Shown piece by piece: positions 29,103 to 37,679 of a DNA stretch of 64,000 nt. A program made the position numbers and the translations under genes. The notes under the pieces were generated by a model. It was given only the letters and a program-made list of their open reading frames with translations. It was not told the origin of the DNA and did not search any database. Within the stretch, counting starts at the first letter, position 1. Every line of letters starts with the position of its first letter. The DNA comes from Vicinamibacteria bacterium. Lineage in GTDB: Bacteria; Acidobacteriota; Vicinamibacteria; Marinacidobacterales; Marinacidobacteraceae. The stretch lies in NCBI GenBank assembly GCA_963422395.1, contig OY729431.1:768001-832000 (forward strand), written 5' to 3'.

Positions 29103-32100
29103 ATGAAGCTCGAGGAGCTGGCCCCCGGCGCGCGGGTCGGCGGGGTGGGCGCAGGGAGCGCGGTCACCGTGGTCTCCGTCGAGCACCACGGCGAAGGAGC
29201 GCTCACCCTCGTCTTCCGGGATGGCTCCGGAAGGCTCGCCGAGCGGATGCTCTTCCGCGAGGACGAGGCCGGGCTGGTCCCGATCGAAGAGGCGCGTGCC
29301 TGGGCTTTCGACGCCGACGGTGCGCTCTTCAAGCTCGCCTCCGAAGCCGAGCGGATCCGAAACGCCCCCCTGTTCGATCCGCTGCTCGCGGTCCAGACCT
29401 CGGATGTGGAGCCGCTGCCGCACCAGATCACCGCGGTGTACGAGACGATGCTGCCGCGCCAACCACTCCGTTTCCTGCTCGCCGACGACCCCGGCGCCGG
29501 GAAGACGATCATGGCGGGGCTCCTCATCAAGGAGCTGATCGCCCGGGGCGACGCCGCCCGCTGCCTCATCGTCTGCCCGGGCAACCTGGTCGAGCAGTGG
29601 CAGGACGAGCTCTCGAGCAAGTTCGGCCTCGACTTCGAGATCCTGACCCGCGACCGGCTGCAGACCGCAGCGAGCGGCAACTGGTTTCTGGAAACCCCGC
29701 GGGGCATCGCCCGCCTCGACATGCTCGCCCGCCGCGAGGAGATCCGGCCGCTGCTCGAAGCGCCGGACAGCGGCTACGACCTCGTGGTCTGCGACGAGGC
29801 CCACAAGATGTCGGCGCGTTCTTTCGGCGGGGAGGTGAAGTTCACGAAGCGCTACCGGCTCGGGGAACTGCTCGCGGCGCGCAGCCGCCACCTGCTGCTG
29901 CTCACCGCGACGCCCCACCGCGGCATCGAAGGCGACTACCGGCTCTTCCTCGCGCTGCTCGATCCGGATCGCTTCGAGGGGCGGATCCGCCAGAACGAGC
30001 GGCGCGCGGACGACTCGGACCTGATCCGGCGGGTGGTGAAGGAGGACCTGTTCCGGTTCGACGGGCGGCGGCTGTTCCCGTCCCGCTGCGCCTACACCGT
30101 CCCCTACCGGTTGAGCGCAGCGGAAATGCAGCTCTACCATGCGGTCACCGACTATGTGCGGGACGAGTTCAACCGCGCCGAAACCGCGGGGAGCCGGCAG
30201 CGCCGCACCGTCGGGTTCGCGCTCACCGTGCTCCAGCGCCGTCTCGCATCCTCGCCGGAAGCGATCCTCGTTTCGCTGCGCCGCCGGAGGAAGCGGCTCG
30301 AAAAGCGGCGCGCGGAGATGGAAGCGGCCCAACGGGGAGGACAGCAGGGAGGGCAACAGGGCGGGGGAGCCCGACCGCCGGAGCCGAGCTTCCGGACCGT
30401 GGAGGAGAGCTTCCCCTTCGATGATCTCGACGAGCTGCCCGAGGACGAAATCGCCCGTGCCGAGGCCGAGGTGCTCGACCAGGCGACCGCGGCGCGCACG
30501 ATCCCCGAGCTGACCGCCGAGCTCTCGACCCTCCGCCGGCTGGAGCGGCTCGCGCGGCAGGTGCGCCTAAGCGGCGAGGACGCCAAGTGGAGAGGGCTCC
30601 AGGGTGTCCTCGAACAGATATTCGGCGGGCCGGGGAGCTCGGCGAGCGGGGAGCCCCCGTTCGCCTTCGGCGCCGGCCCGATTCCCCCGCCGCAGTCCTC
30701 CCCGCACCACAAGCTCGTCCTCTTCACCGAGCACCGCGCCACCCTCGAATACCTGGAACAGCGTATAGGCGCCTGGACGGGGCGGCCCGCCGCGCTCGCA
30801 GTGATCCACGGCGGCCTCGGGCGGGAGCAGCGGCGGCTGGCGCAGGAGCGGTTCCTGAACGAACCGGAGGTCCGCTTGCTGCTCGCCACCGACGCCGCCG
30901 GCGAAGGGATCAACCTGCAGCGGGCGCACCTGATGGTGAACTACGACCTGCCCTGGAACCCCAACCGGATCGAGCAGCGTTTCGGGCGGATCCACCGGAT
31001 CGGGCAGACCGAGGTCTGCTACCTGTGGAACCTGGTCGCCAGCGGTACCCGCGAGGGTGATGTGTACGAGCGGCTGCTGCAAAAACTGGAGCAGGCGCGC
31101 GCCGCTCTCGGGGGGAAGGTGTTCGATGTGCTGGGGCGGCTCGAATTCGAAGGCCGCCCGCTGCGCGAGCTGCTTCTCGAAGCGATTCGGGAGGGCAACC
31201 GCCCCGAAATCCGAGCGAAGCTCGAGGAGGCGGTCGAGGGCGCGGTGGACGCCGAAAGTCTTCGCCACCTGATCGACGAGCAGGCGCTCGCCACCGAGGT
31301 CATGGAACCCGCCCGGCTCGCCCGGGTCCGCGAGGAGATGGAACGGGCGGCGGCTCATCGGCTGCAGCCCCACTTCATCGGAGCGTTCTTCCGGCTGGCG
31401 CTCACCGAGCTCGGCGGGACGATCCGGCAACGCGAGCCCGGCCGCTACCAGATCAGCCATGTTCCGGCTCGGGTGCGGGAGACGGTTCCCGAGCGGTTCG
31501 CCGGACGCCGTAAGCCGGTCGTGCGGAAATACGAGCGGGTCGTCTTCGACCGGCAGCGGGCGCGGGTCGCCGGCAAGCCGGACGGCGAGTTCGTCGCCCC
31601 CGGACACCCGCTGCTGGACGCGGTGGTCTGGCTCGTCGGGGAGCGCTGGGGCGGATTCCTTCCCCGGGGCGCGGTGCTGGTGGACGAAGGAGATCCGGGG
31701 ACGAAGCCGCGGGTGATCGCGTCGGTTTCGCACGCGGTGGAGGACGGGACGACGCTCCCCTCGGGAGCGCGGCGCGTGGTCAGCCGGAGGCTGCTCCATG
31801 TCGAGATCGGCGAGGACGGCTCGGTCCGGGAGTGCGGCTACGCTCCGTATCTGGATCTTCGGCCGCTCGATCCGGAGGAACCGTCCGCCGCCGAAGTGCT
31901 CGGCCGGCCCGAGTGCGCCTGGATCACTCCGGAGGTTGGGAACGCTGCTCGGAATTACGCGATCACCGAGCTCGTCCCGGCGCACCTCGGCGAGGTGCGC
32001 GACCTGCGGCTCGAACGGATCCGGAAGACGAAAGCCGCGGTGCGGGAACGGCTGCGATCCGAGATCGCGCACTGGGACCGGCGCGCCGAGGAGCTGAAGG

Positions 32101-32723
32101 AGGACGAGCGGGCGGGGAAGCCGGCGGCGCGGATGAATTCGGGTGAGGCGCGGGAGCGCGCCGACCGGCTTCAGGAGCGGCTCAAACGCCGGCTCGCCGA
32201 ACTCGCGGCCGAAGCCGACCTCGCGGCGGCAGCGCCCCGAGTGCGCGGGGGGATGCTCGTCGCCCCGGCGGGACTGATCGCGGCGATGACCGGGACGAGC
32301 GGGTTCGAGGAGAGAGGGGAGCGGGCGCCCGAGCCGGCGGACACCGCGGAGATCGCGGCGCGGGCGCGCGCGATCGTGATGGCGAAGGAACGGGAGCTCG
32401 GCTTCGAGCCTCGGGATTGCGAGTTCGAGAAACGCGGCTACGACATCGAGAGCCGGGACTCGGGCGAGCCGGGCCGGCTGCGCTTCCTCGAGGTGAAGGG
32501 CAGAGCGGAGGGTGCGGACACGATCACGGTGACCCGCAACGAAGTCCTCACCGCCTTGAACCAGCCGGAGGACTACATCCTCGCCATCGTGCGCTTCGGG
32601 GAGGACGGTCGGCACGAGCTGCGCTACGCCCGCCGTCCCTTCGAGACTCCGCCGGACGACGGAGCGGCGAGCGTGAACTACCGGATGAAGGAGCTCTGGG
32701 AGAGCGCCGCACCCCCGAGCTGA
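29103..32723 (+). CDS. SNF2-family helicase with C-terminal DUF3883 (PD-(D/E)xK-like) nuclease domain
   Basis: PLPHQ, LADDPGAGKT, DEAH, LTATP, TDAAGEGINLQ, PWNPNRIEQRFGRIHRIGQ; C-terminal GYDIESR...FLEVKG...TRNE. Confidence 0.93.
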   Translation: MKLEELAPGARVGGVGAGSAVTVVSVEHHGEGALTLVFRDGSGRLAERMLFREDEAGLVPIEEARAWAFDADGALFKLASEAERIRNAPLFDPLLAVQTSDVEPLPHQITAVYETMLPRQPLRFLLADDPGAGKTIMAGLLIKELIARGDAARCLIVCPGNLVEQWQDELSSKFGLDFEILTRDRLQTAASGNWFLETPRGIARLDMLARREEIRPLLEAPDSGYDLVVCDEAHKMSARSFGGEVKFTKRYRLGELLAARSRHLLLLTATPHRGIEGDYRLFLALLDPDRFEGRIRQNERRADDSDLIRRVVKEDLFRFDGRRLFPSRCAYTVPYRLSAAEMQLYHAVTDYVRDEFNRAETAGSRQRRTVGFALTVLQRRLASSPEAILVSLRRRRKRLEKRRAEMEAAQRGGQQGGQQGGGARPPEPSFRTVEESFPFDDLDELPEDEIARAEAEVLDQATAARTIPELTAELSTLRRLERLARQVRLSGEDAKWRGLQGVLEQIFGGPGSSASGEPPFAFGAGPIPPPQSSPHHKLVLFTEHRATLEYLEQRIGAWTGRPAALAVIHGGLGREQRRLAQERFLNEPEVRLLLATDAAGEGINLQRAHLMVNYDLPWNPNRIEQRFGRIHRIGQTEVCYLWNLVASGTREGDVYERLLQKLEQARAALGGKVFDVLGRLEFEGRPLRELLLEAIREGNRPEIRAKLEEAVEGAVDAESLRHLIDEQALATEVMEPARLARVREEMERAAAHRLQPHFIGAFFRLALTELGGTIRQREPGRYQISHVPARVRETVPERFAGRRKPVVRKYERVVFDRQRARVAGKPDGEFVAPGHPLLDAVVWLVGERWGGFLPRGAVLVDEGDPGTKPRVIASVSHAVEDGTTLPSGARRVVSRRLLHVEIGEDGSVRECGYAPYLDLRPLDPEEPSAAEVLGRPECAWITPEVGNAARNYAITELVPAHLGEVRDLRLERIRKTKAAVRERLRSEIAHWDRRAEELKEDERAGKPAARMNSGEARERADRLQERLKRRLAELAAEADLAAAAPRVRGGMLVAPAGLIAAMTGTSGFEERGERAPEPADTAEIAARARAIVMAKERELGFEPRDCEFEKRGYDIESRDSGEPGRLRFLEVKGRAEGADTITVTRNEVLTALNQPEDYILAIVRFGEDGRHELRYARRPFETPPDDGAASVNYRMKELWESAAPPS
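32219..32281 (+). repeat. Direct repeat copy 1 (inside the helicase, just before DUF3883)
   Basis: Matches 34430-34489 at 56/60 nt plus a 3-nt indel. Confidence 0.85.
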
Positions 32724-32787
32724 TCGAACGGCCCGGCGAGCGTTCCTCCGCAACGGTGAGACTTCGCCGCCGACCGCGGTTCGCCGC

Positions 32788-32928
32788 TCACTGCCGGCAG
32801 ATCGTGGAGTTCAGGAGCTGCCTGTTCTTGGCACCGGAATAGATCCGGCCTCGGGGGTTGGCGAGGATTTTCCGATCCTTGAAATCCGTCTGGAGCGCGA
32901 TTCGGTCGGCATCCACGATGATGCACAT
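32788..32928 (-). pseudogene. Internally deleted PIN-like partner of the AAA/DUF3696 ATPase (46 aa)
   Basis: Translated by hand: MCIIVDADRIALQTDFKDRKILANPRGRIYSGAKNRQLLNSTICRQ*. A PIN-type first strand is joined directly to a C-terminal-looking segment; starts 10 nt after the AAA stop. Confidence 0.6.
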
Positions 32929-32938
32929 GGTGCGCCTT

Positions 32939-34321
32939 TCACCCGTCGTCCTGGCCGTCGAAACCGAGGAGGGTGTCGGTCTCGCGAAGAAAGAAGCCGC
33001 GATATCCGGCGGGCACGTTTTGCAGATTGCCGTGCTCGTCCATCCCGATGTTGTGGATCTCCACCGAATTCCCTTGTGGCTCGAAGTAGAGGATGGACAC
33101 CTGGTCGGCTTCGAGCTGTTGTTTTCGGACGGAAATGCGGATCCGGTCCACGATGTGGTCGCTGTGGGTCTCGATGAGGAACCGATTCCCCCGCTTCGTT
33201 ACCGAGTTCACCAGGAAGCTCGCGAATTCGGCCTGGCCCCGCGGATGAAGATGGACTTCCGGCTGTTGCAGCAAGAACAGGGAGGAGTTTCCTTTCTCCG
33301 GGTAGCGGCGTCGACCGGAGGATCTCGCGGAGCCGAGTTCCGGAGTCAGGAGTTCCACCAGGATCGGCAGGCTCTGACTCACCCCGTAGCCGACATCCAC
33401 GATGTTCGCGTGCGACCCGGAGTGCACCTTCAATTGGAGCTGAAAGGGGTCGCTGATCTGCCGCCCATGACGCTTCACCCGGATGTCCGAGAAGAGACCG
33501 GACTTCTCACCGAACTCCACGAGGTCCTCGCGCAGGGATTTCCACCGGTCCGACGCCTCGTGGTCGAGGCGCATCATCAGCATGGGGATGTGCGTCCCCT
33601 CGGGGGTCGCCGTCTCGCGGATGGGGTCGTAAGTCCGGTGCGGTTTCGCGCGCAGCGGAGCGACCGGAACGAGCGGCGGAAGTGCCGGAGTCAGAAGGCG
33701 GTGAAGCCGACTCCGCCTTCCGGCTCTGTCAGGCGAAAGCTTCCGGAGAAAGGCTGCGATCGGTTCGAGGCCGGCGAAACGCGGTTCGCGCCGGCTCTCC
33801 TCATCGGAAACGATGTAGGAGACGAGAAACGGCAGGTTCCACAGCTCGAACGGCCCGTCCAGCACGGCTTCGTGGCCCTCGATGGCCAGGGTGATCTTCC
33901 CGTTCTCACCGTATCGAAGTTCGAGGTATTCGCCGGACGGGAACGCATAGCGCCATGACTCGATCACCGGCTGCGATCCCCGTTCCACCAGGGTGGCGGC
34001 CAGTTCGAACGGTGGCGGACCGTTCTTGCGGCCGGGCACCCGGAGTCCGAGACGGAATTTCTGGATCCGCCCTTCGCGGCCTCGCCGGGAGCGGACGATG
34101 TCCCGGAACGAGCCCATGGAGAACGGTTCGCGGTTGAAATCGAGCGAGTGTCCCGCGAGTTGTGCTTCGAGGGTTCGGTGGAGCGCACCGTAGCAACCCA
34201 GCAGCGTTGTCTTTCCGGTGCTGTTCTCGCCGACGAGCAGAGTGATCGGCCGCAGACGAGCGCGGTGCTCGCCTCGGAAACAGCGGACATCCTCGATCAG
34301 CAGTTCGTCGGGAGAGGTCAT
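32939..34321 (-). CDS. ABC-type AAA ATPase (AAA_15/AAA_21) with DUF3696-like C-terminus
   Basis: LRPITLLVGENSTGKT, DVGYGVSQSLP, LLQQPEVHLHP, IETHSD, SILYFE...DEHGNL...GFF. Confidence 0.88.
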   Translation of the reverse strand: MTSPDELLIEDVRCFRGEHRARLRPITLLVGENSTGKTTLLGCYGALHRTLEAQLAGHSLDFNREPFSMGSFRDIVRSRRGREGRIQKFRLGLRVPGRKNGPPPFELAATLVERGSQPVIESWRYAFPSGEYLELRYGENGKITLAIEGHEAVLDGPFELWNLPFLVSYIVSDEESRREPRFAGLEPIAAFLRKLSPDRAGRRSRLHRLLTPALPPLVPVAPLRAKPHRTYDPIRETATPEGTHIPMLMMRLDHEASDRWKSLREDLVEFGEKSGLFSDIRVKRHGRQISDPFQLQLKVHSGSHANIVDVGYGVSQSLPILVELLTPELGSARSSGRRRYPEKGNSSLFLLQQPEVHLHPRGQAEFASFLVNSVTKRGNRFLIETHSDHIVDRIRISVRKQQLEADQVSILYFEPQGNSVEIHNIGMDEHGNLQNVPAGYRGFFLRETDTLLGFDGQDDG

Positions 34322-34429
34322 CGGGAGAGCCTCGTCGGAGATCGGGGCCGGCAGGGATCGGAGGTGGTGAGAGAGACGAGGCGCGACGCGGTTTCTTGCG
34401 CGATTCCGAGCCGAGGGTAACGAATCTTT

Positions 34430-34489
34430 CCTCGCGGCGGCGCCCCGAGGGCGCGGGGGGATGCTCGCCGCCCCGGCAGGGCTGATCGC
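34430..34489 (+). repeat. Direct repeat copy 2 (intergenic copy of helicase segment)
   Basis: Encodes LAAAPRGRGGMLAAPAGLIA versus helicase LAAAAPRVRGGMLVAPAGLIA; continues GLAALSGGAG to TGA at 34521-34523. Confidence 0.85.
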
Positions 34490-34546
34490 TGGGCTCGCGG
34501 CCCTCTCGGGCGGAGCGGGATGACCTGCTGCGTTTCGCCCCCTCAT

Positions 34547-34589
34547 GGGAAGAGAGGGCTGACGCCCCGCTCCCGAACCGCCCAGACCG
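34547..34589. repeat. REP-like element, same family as 10206-10286
   Basis: 34564-34583 is the exact reverse complement of 10206-10225; CTGACGCCCCGCTCCCG is also shared with 10262-10278. Confidence 0.75.
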
Positions 34590-34748
34590 GCATGCGTGGT
34601 AGATTTCGGGCCGTCGGTCGTATCGAGTCCCCGGTAGCCCCTCGAGCCTTCGGTTCCCACGGCCCGGCCCGCTCGGCGGCTTGTGCGGCCGCCGGTTCTC
34701 CTGTTTCGACCCCGGAGACTTCCAGAGGTTCCGGAGAGGTCATGGTTA

Positions 34749-35945
34749 ATGCGGTCGGCCCCGCTCCCCATGTTCCTTCTCTCCCGGCGGCGTGTCCTCC
34801 GTCTTTCCGTCTCCGTCCTGTCGTCCGTTTCCTTCCTCTTGGCTGCGCCCGGCTTCGCGGCGGGCAGCGCGCCGCAAGAAGCCGGCGGGAGCCGATCCGA
34901 TGAGTCCCGGTTTCTCACCCGGATCCGCCGTCTGACGGTCGAGGGCCGCCGGGCCGGTGAGGGCTACTTTTCGCCCGACGGAACGGAAATCGTCTTCCAG
35001 TCGGAGCGCGAGCCGGGCAATCCCTTCTACCAGATCTACCTCCTCTCCCTCGAAACCGGCGACACCGAGCGGATATCGCCCGGTATCGGCAAGACGACCT
35101 GCGCCTTCATCTCCCCGAAGAGCGGCGACATCCTCTTCGGCTCCACCCACCTCGACCCGCGCTCGGCAGAACTGCAGCAGGCCGAACGGGACTTCCGCGC
35201 CAGCGGACAGGAGCGCCGCTACGCCTGGGACTACGACCCCGCGATGGATATCTTCGTCCGGGAGCGGGTGAGCGGCTCGCTGACCCGCCTCACCGAGGCT
35301 CGAGGCTACGACGCCGAGGCGAGCTACTCCCCCGACGGGGAGTGGATCGTCTTCACCTCGATCCGCTCGCAGTACGACCATGAGCTGACCCCGGAGGAAG
35401 CGCGCCAGGCCGAGTTCGATCCGTCGTGGTTCGGTGAGATCTGGATCATGCGCGCCGACGGCAGCGGCCAGATCCGGCTCACCCGGACTCCCGGATACGA
35501 CGGCGGGCCGTTCTTCTTCCCCGACGGCTCCCGGATCGTCTGGCGGCGCTTCTCCGAAGACGGTCTGATCGCCGACATCTGGTCCATGCTTCCGGACGGA
35601 AGCGACCAGCGCCAGCTCACCGACTTCGGCGCCATGAGCTGGGCCCCCTATGTCCATCCCTCCGGGGAGTACATCCTGTTCGCCTCGAACGAGCTGGGGT
35701 TCAGCAACTTCGAGGTGTACCTGGTGGACGCCGCCGGCGAGAAGGAACCGGTGCGGATCACCACCGCCGAGGGCTTCGATGGGCTTCCGGTTCCCACTCC
35801 GGACGGGCGGGGAATCGCCTGGACCTCGACCCGCCACGGCGGGGACGGCGGCCAGATCTATCTCGCCGACTGGAATCACGAAGAAGCACTCGCCGCGCTC
35901 GCCGCCGCCCTCCCGCGGGTCCCGGCTCCACCGCGGACCCGGTGA
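34749..35945 (+). CDS. TolB-like PD40 beta-propeller periplasmic protein
   Basis: AGEGYFSPDG, GYDAEASYSPDG, GYDGGPFFFPDG, SWAPYVHPSG, FDGLPVPTPDG repeats; signal peptide. Start uncertain. Confidence 0.9.
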   Translation: MRSAPLPMFLLSRRRVLRLSVSVLSSVSFLLAAPGFAAGSAPQEAGGSRSDESRFLTRIRRLTVEGRRAGEGYFSPDGTEIVFQSEREPGNPFYQIYLLSLETGDTERISPGIGKTTCAFISPKSGDILFGSTHLDPRSAELQQAERDFRASGQERRYAWDYDPAMDIFVRERVSGSLTRLTEARGYDAEASYSPDGEWIVFTSIRSQYDHELTPEEARQAEFDPSWFGEIWIMRADGSGQIRLTRTPGYDGGPFFFPDGSRIVWRRFSEDGLIADIWSMLPDGSDQRQLTDFGAMSWAPYVHPSGEYILFASNELGFSNFEVYLVDAAGEKEPVRITTAEGFDGLPVPTPDGRGIAWTSTRHGGDGGQIYLADWNHEEALAALAAALPRVPAPPRTR

Positions 35946-35966
35946 TCCGCCCCGGCCCTTACGACG

Positions 35967-37679
35967 ATGACCCGCAAGAATCTGCTCGACGCCCGCACCG
36001 TCAGCTATCTGGAGCTGATCGGCAACGGGAAGTCGTATTCGGTTCCCCCCTATCAGCGGGACTACTCCTGGACCGAAGAAGAGTGGAGCGATCTCTGGAA
36101 CGACATCGTCGGGCTGCGCGAGGCGCCGGCGGAGCGGCACTTCATGGGTCCGCTGGTAGTAGAGGCGCGGAGTGATCTCGACTTCGTGGTCATCGACGGG
36201 CAGCAGCGCCTGGCGACGCTCGGCCTGTTGGCGCTCGCGGTGATCGCCCGCCTGCTGGCCTTGGCCGAGGAAGGAACAGAGCCCGAGGCGAACCGCATCT
36301 GGGCGCAGAGGCTTCGCGACCGCTTCGTAGGGGAGAAGCACCCGACCTCCCACTTCGAGTCCAGCCGGCTCTCGCTCAACGAAGCCAACGACGGCTTCTG
36401 GCAGAGCTATCTGGTTCGGCTCCGAAAGCCGCGGAACCCGCAGAGCCTGCCGCGGTCCAATCGTCTGCTCCACGACGGTTTCCTCTATTTCGGAGAGCGG
36501 CTGGATGAGCTCGGAGAGCTCCAGAGCGGCGGCGAGGCGATGGCGAGCCTGATGTTCGAGGCGGTTGCCCGAAAGCTGCTTTTCGTCTTGATCATCGCTG
36601 GGGACGATCTGGACGCCTATACCGTGTTCGAGACCCTGAACGCCCGCGGCGTCGGGCTGACCACGACGGACCTGCTCAAGAACTACCTGTTCGCGCAGCT
36701 TCGCGACCCGACCGATCGGGCGGAACTCGACCGCCAGTGGCGCGGGCTCGTCGGGACCGTGAGTCCAGAGCGATTTCCCGAGTTCCTCCGGACCCATCTG
36801 CTCACCGAGCAGCCGGAGGTCCGGCACCCGCGCCGGCTCTTCCGGACCGTGCGGGAGAATTTTTACGCCTTGCCCGAAGTGATCGGTCTCATCGAGCGGC
36901 TCGACGAACGATCGGAACTCTTCGCCGCGCTTTCCGACCCCGGTCACGAGCTTTGGACAGAGAGGCCGGAGGCCCGGCCGTTCCTCCGGGAGCTGGTCCT
37001 GTTCCGAGTACCGCAGACCGCACCGCTGCTGCTGGCCGCTTGGGAGCGTTTTCCCCCGCCGGACTTCGACCGGGTGCTGAAGCTGATTTCCGTGATCTCG
37101 TTCCGTTACCGCGTCGTCAGCGGACGGAACGGGGGCGGGCTGGAGCAGGTGTGTGCGCGGGCGGCCCGGCGCATCACGGATGGAACGGCCCGGAGCCCGG
37201 CGGCGGTGTCCCGGCTGCTCGAACCGCTTCAGGTCGAAGACACGAAGATGCGGCAGGACTTCGCCCGGTTGCGCGTGAACACCCGGGGGCCGCGGAAGAA
37301 GCTGGCCCGCTATATCCTCGCCCGGCTCGAATCGGATGCTTCGGGCAGCCATATCGATCCGGAGACGGATCCGGGGACTCTCGAACACATCCTGCCGGAG
37401 AACCCGGGGGAGGAATGGGAGGCGGCATTCCCTCCCGACCGACAGGAGGCGTACACCTACCGCATCGGGAACCTCGCTCTTCTCGCCGCCGGCGCGAATC
37501 GGGAGATCGGCCGCCGGCCGTACTCCGAGAAGCTGACGGCCTACCGGCGAAGCACCTACGCGCTGACCCGCGAGATCGCGGAGCTGGCCCCCGAGGAGTG
37601 GACCCCCGCACTCCTCGAATACCGGCAGCAGCGGCTCGCCGACCGCGCCGTCCACATCTGGAGATCGGACTTTGCCTGA
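35967..37679 (+). CDS. gmrSD: GmrSD-family modification-dependent (type IV) restriction endonuclease (DUF262 + DUF1524/HNH)
   Basis: VPPYQRDYSW, IDGQQR, VFETLNARG, DLLKN, EHILPE...IGNLALL....N. Confidence 0.92.
   Translation: MTRKNLLDARTVSYLELIGNGKSYSVPPYQRDYSWTEEEWSDLWNDIVGLREAPAERHFMGPLVVEARSDLDFVVIDGQQRLATLGLLALAVIARLLALAEEGTEPEANRIWAQRLRDRFVGEKHPTSHFESSRLSLNEANDGFWQSYLVRLRKPRNPQSLPRSNRLLHDGFLYFGERLDELGELQSGGEAMASLMFEAVARKLLFVLIIAGDDLDAYTVFETLNARGVGLTTTDLLKNYLFAQLRDPTDRAELDRQWRGLVGTVSPERFPEFLRTHLLTEQPEVRHPRRLFRTVRENFYALPEVIGLIERLDERSELFAALSDPGHELWTERPEARPFLRELVLFRVPQTAPLLLAAWERFPPPDFDRVLKLISVISFRYRVVSGRNGGGLEQVCARAARRITDGTARSPAAVSRLLEPLQVEDTKMRQDFARLRVNTRGPRKKLARYILARLESDASGSHIDPETDPGTLEHILPENPGEEWEAAFPPDRQEAYTYRIGNLALLAAGANREIGRRPYSEKLTAYRRSTYALTREIAELAPEEWTPALLEYRQQRLADRAVHIWRSDFA

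Noticed and set aside
30334-30366. GGQQGGQQGGG repeat in the helicase
   Set aside because: Short in-frame linker duplication, no sign of phase variation.
34543-34743. 66-aa ORF starting MTSP like the neighbouring AAA ATPase
   Set aside because: Similarity is limited to four residues and the ORF overlaps a REP-like element.
34746-37655. Long antisense/alternate-frame ORFs (e.g. 969 aa here; 13286-16054, 50196-53024, 57830-61111)
   Set aside because: Shadow ORFs typical of high GC; they overlap well-supported genes and lack motifs.
19974-37679. Integron or prophage explanation for the defence genes
   Set aside because: No integrase, attC-like sites, tRNA att site or phage genes seen.
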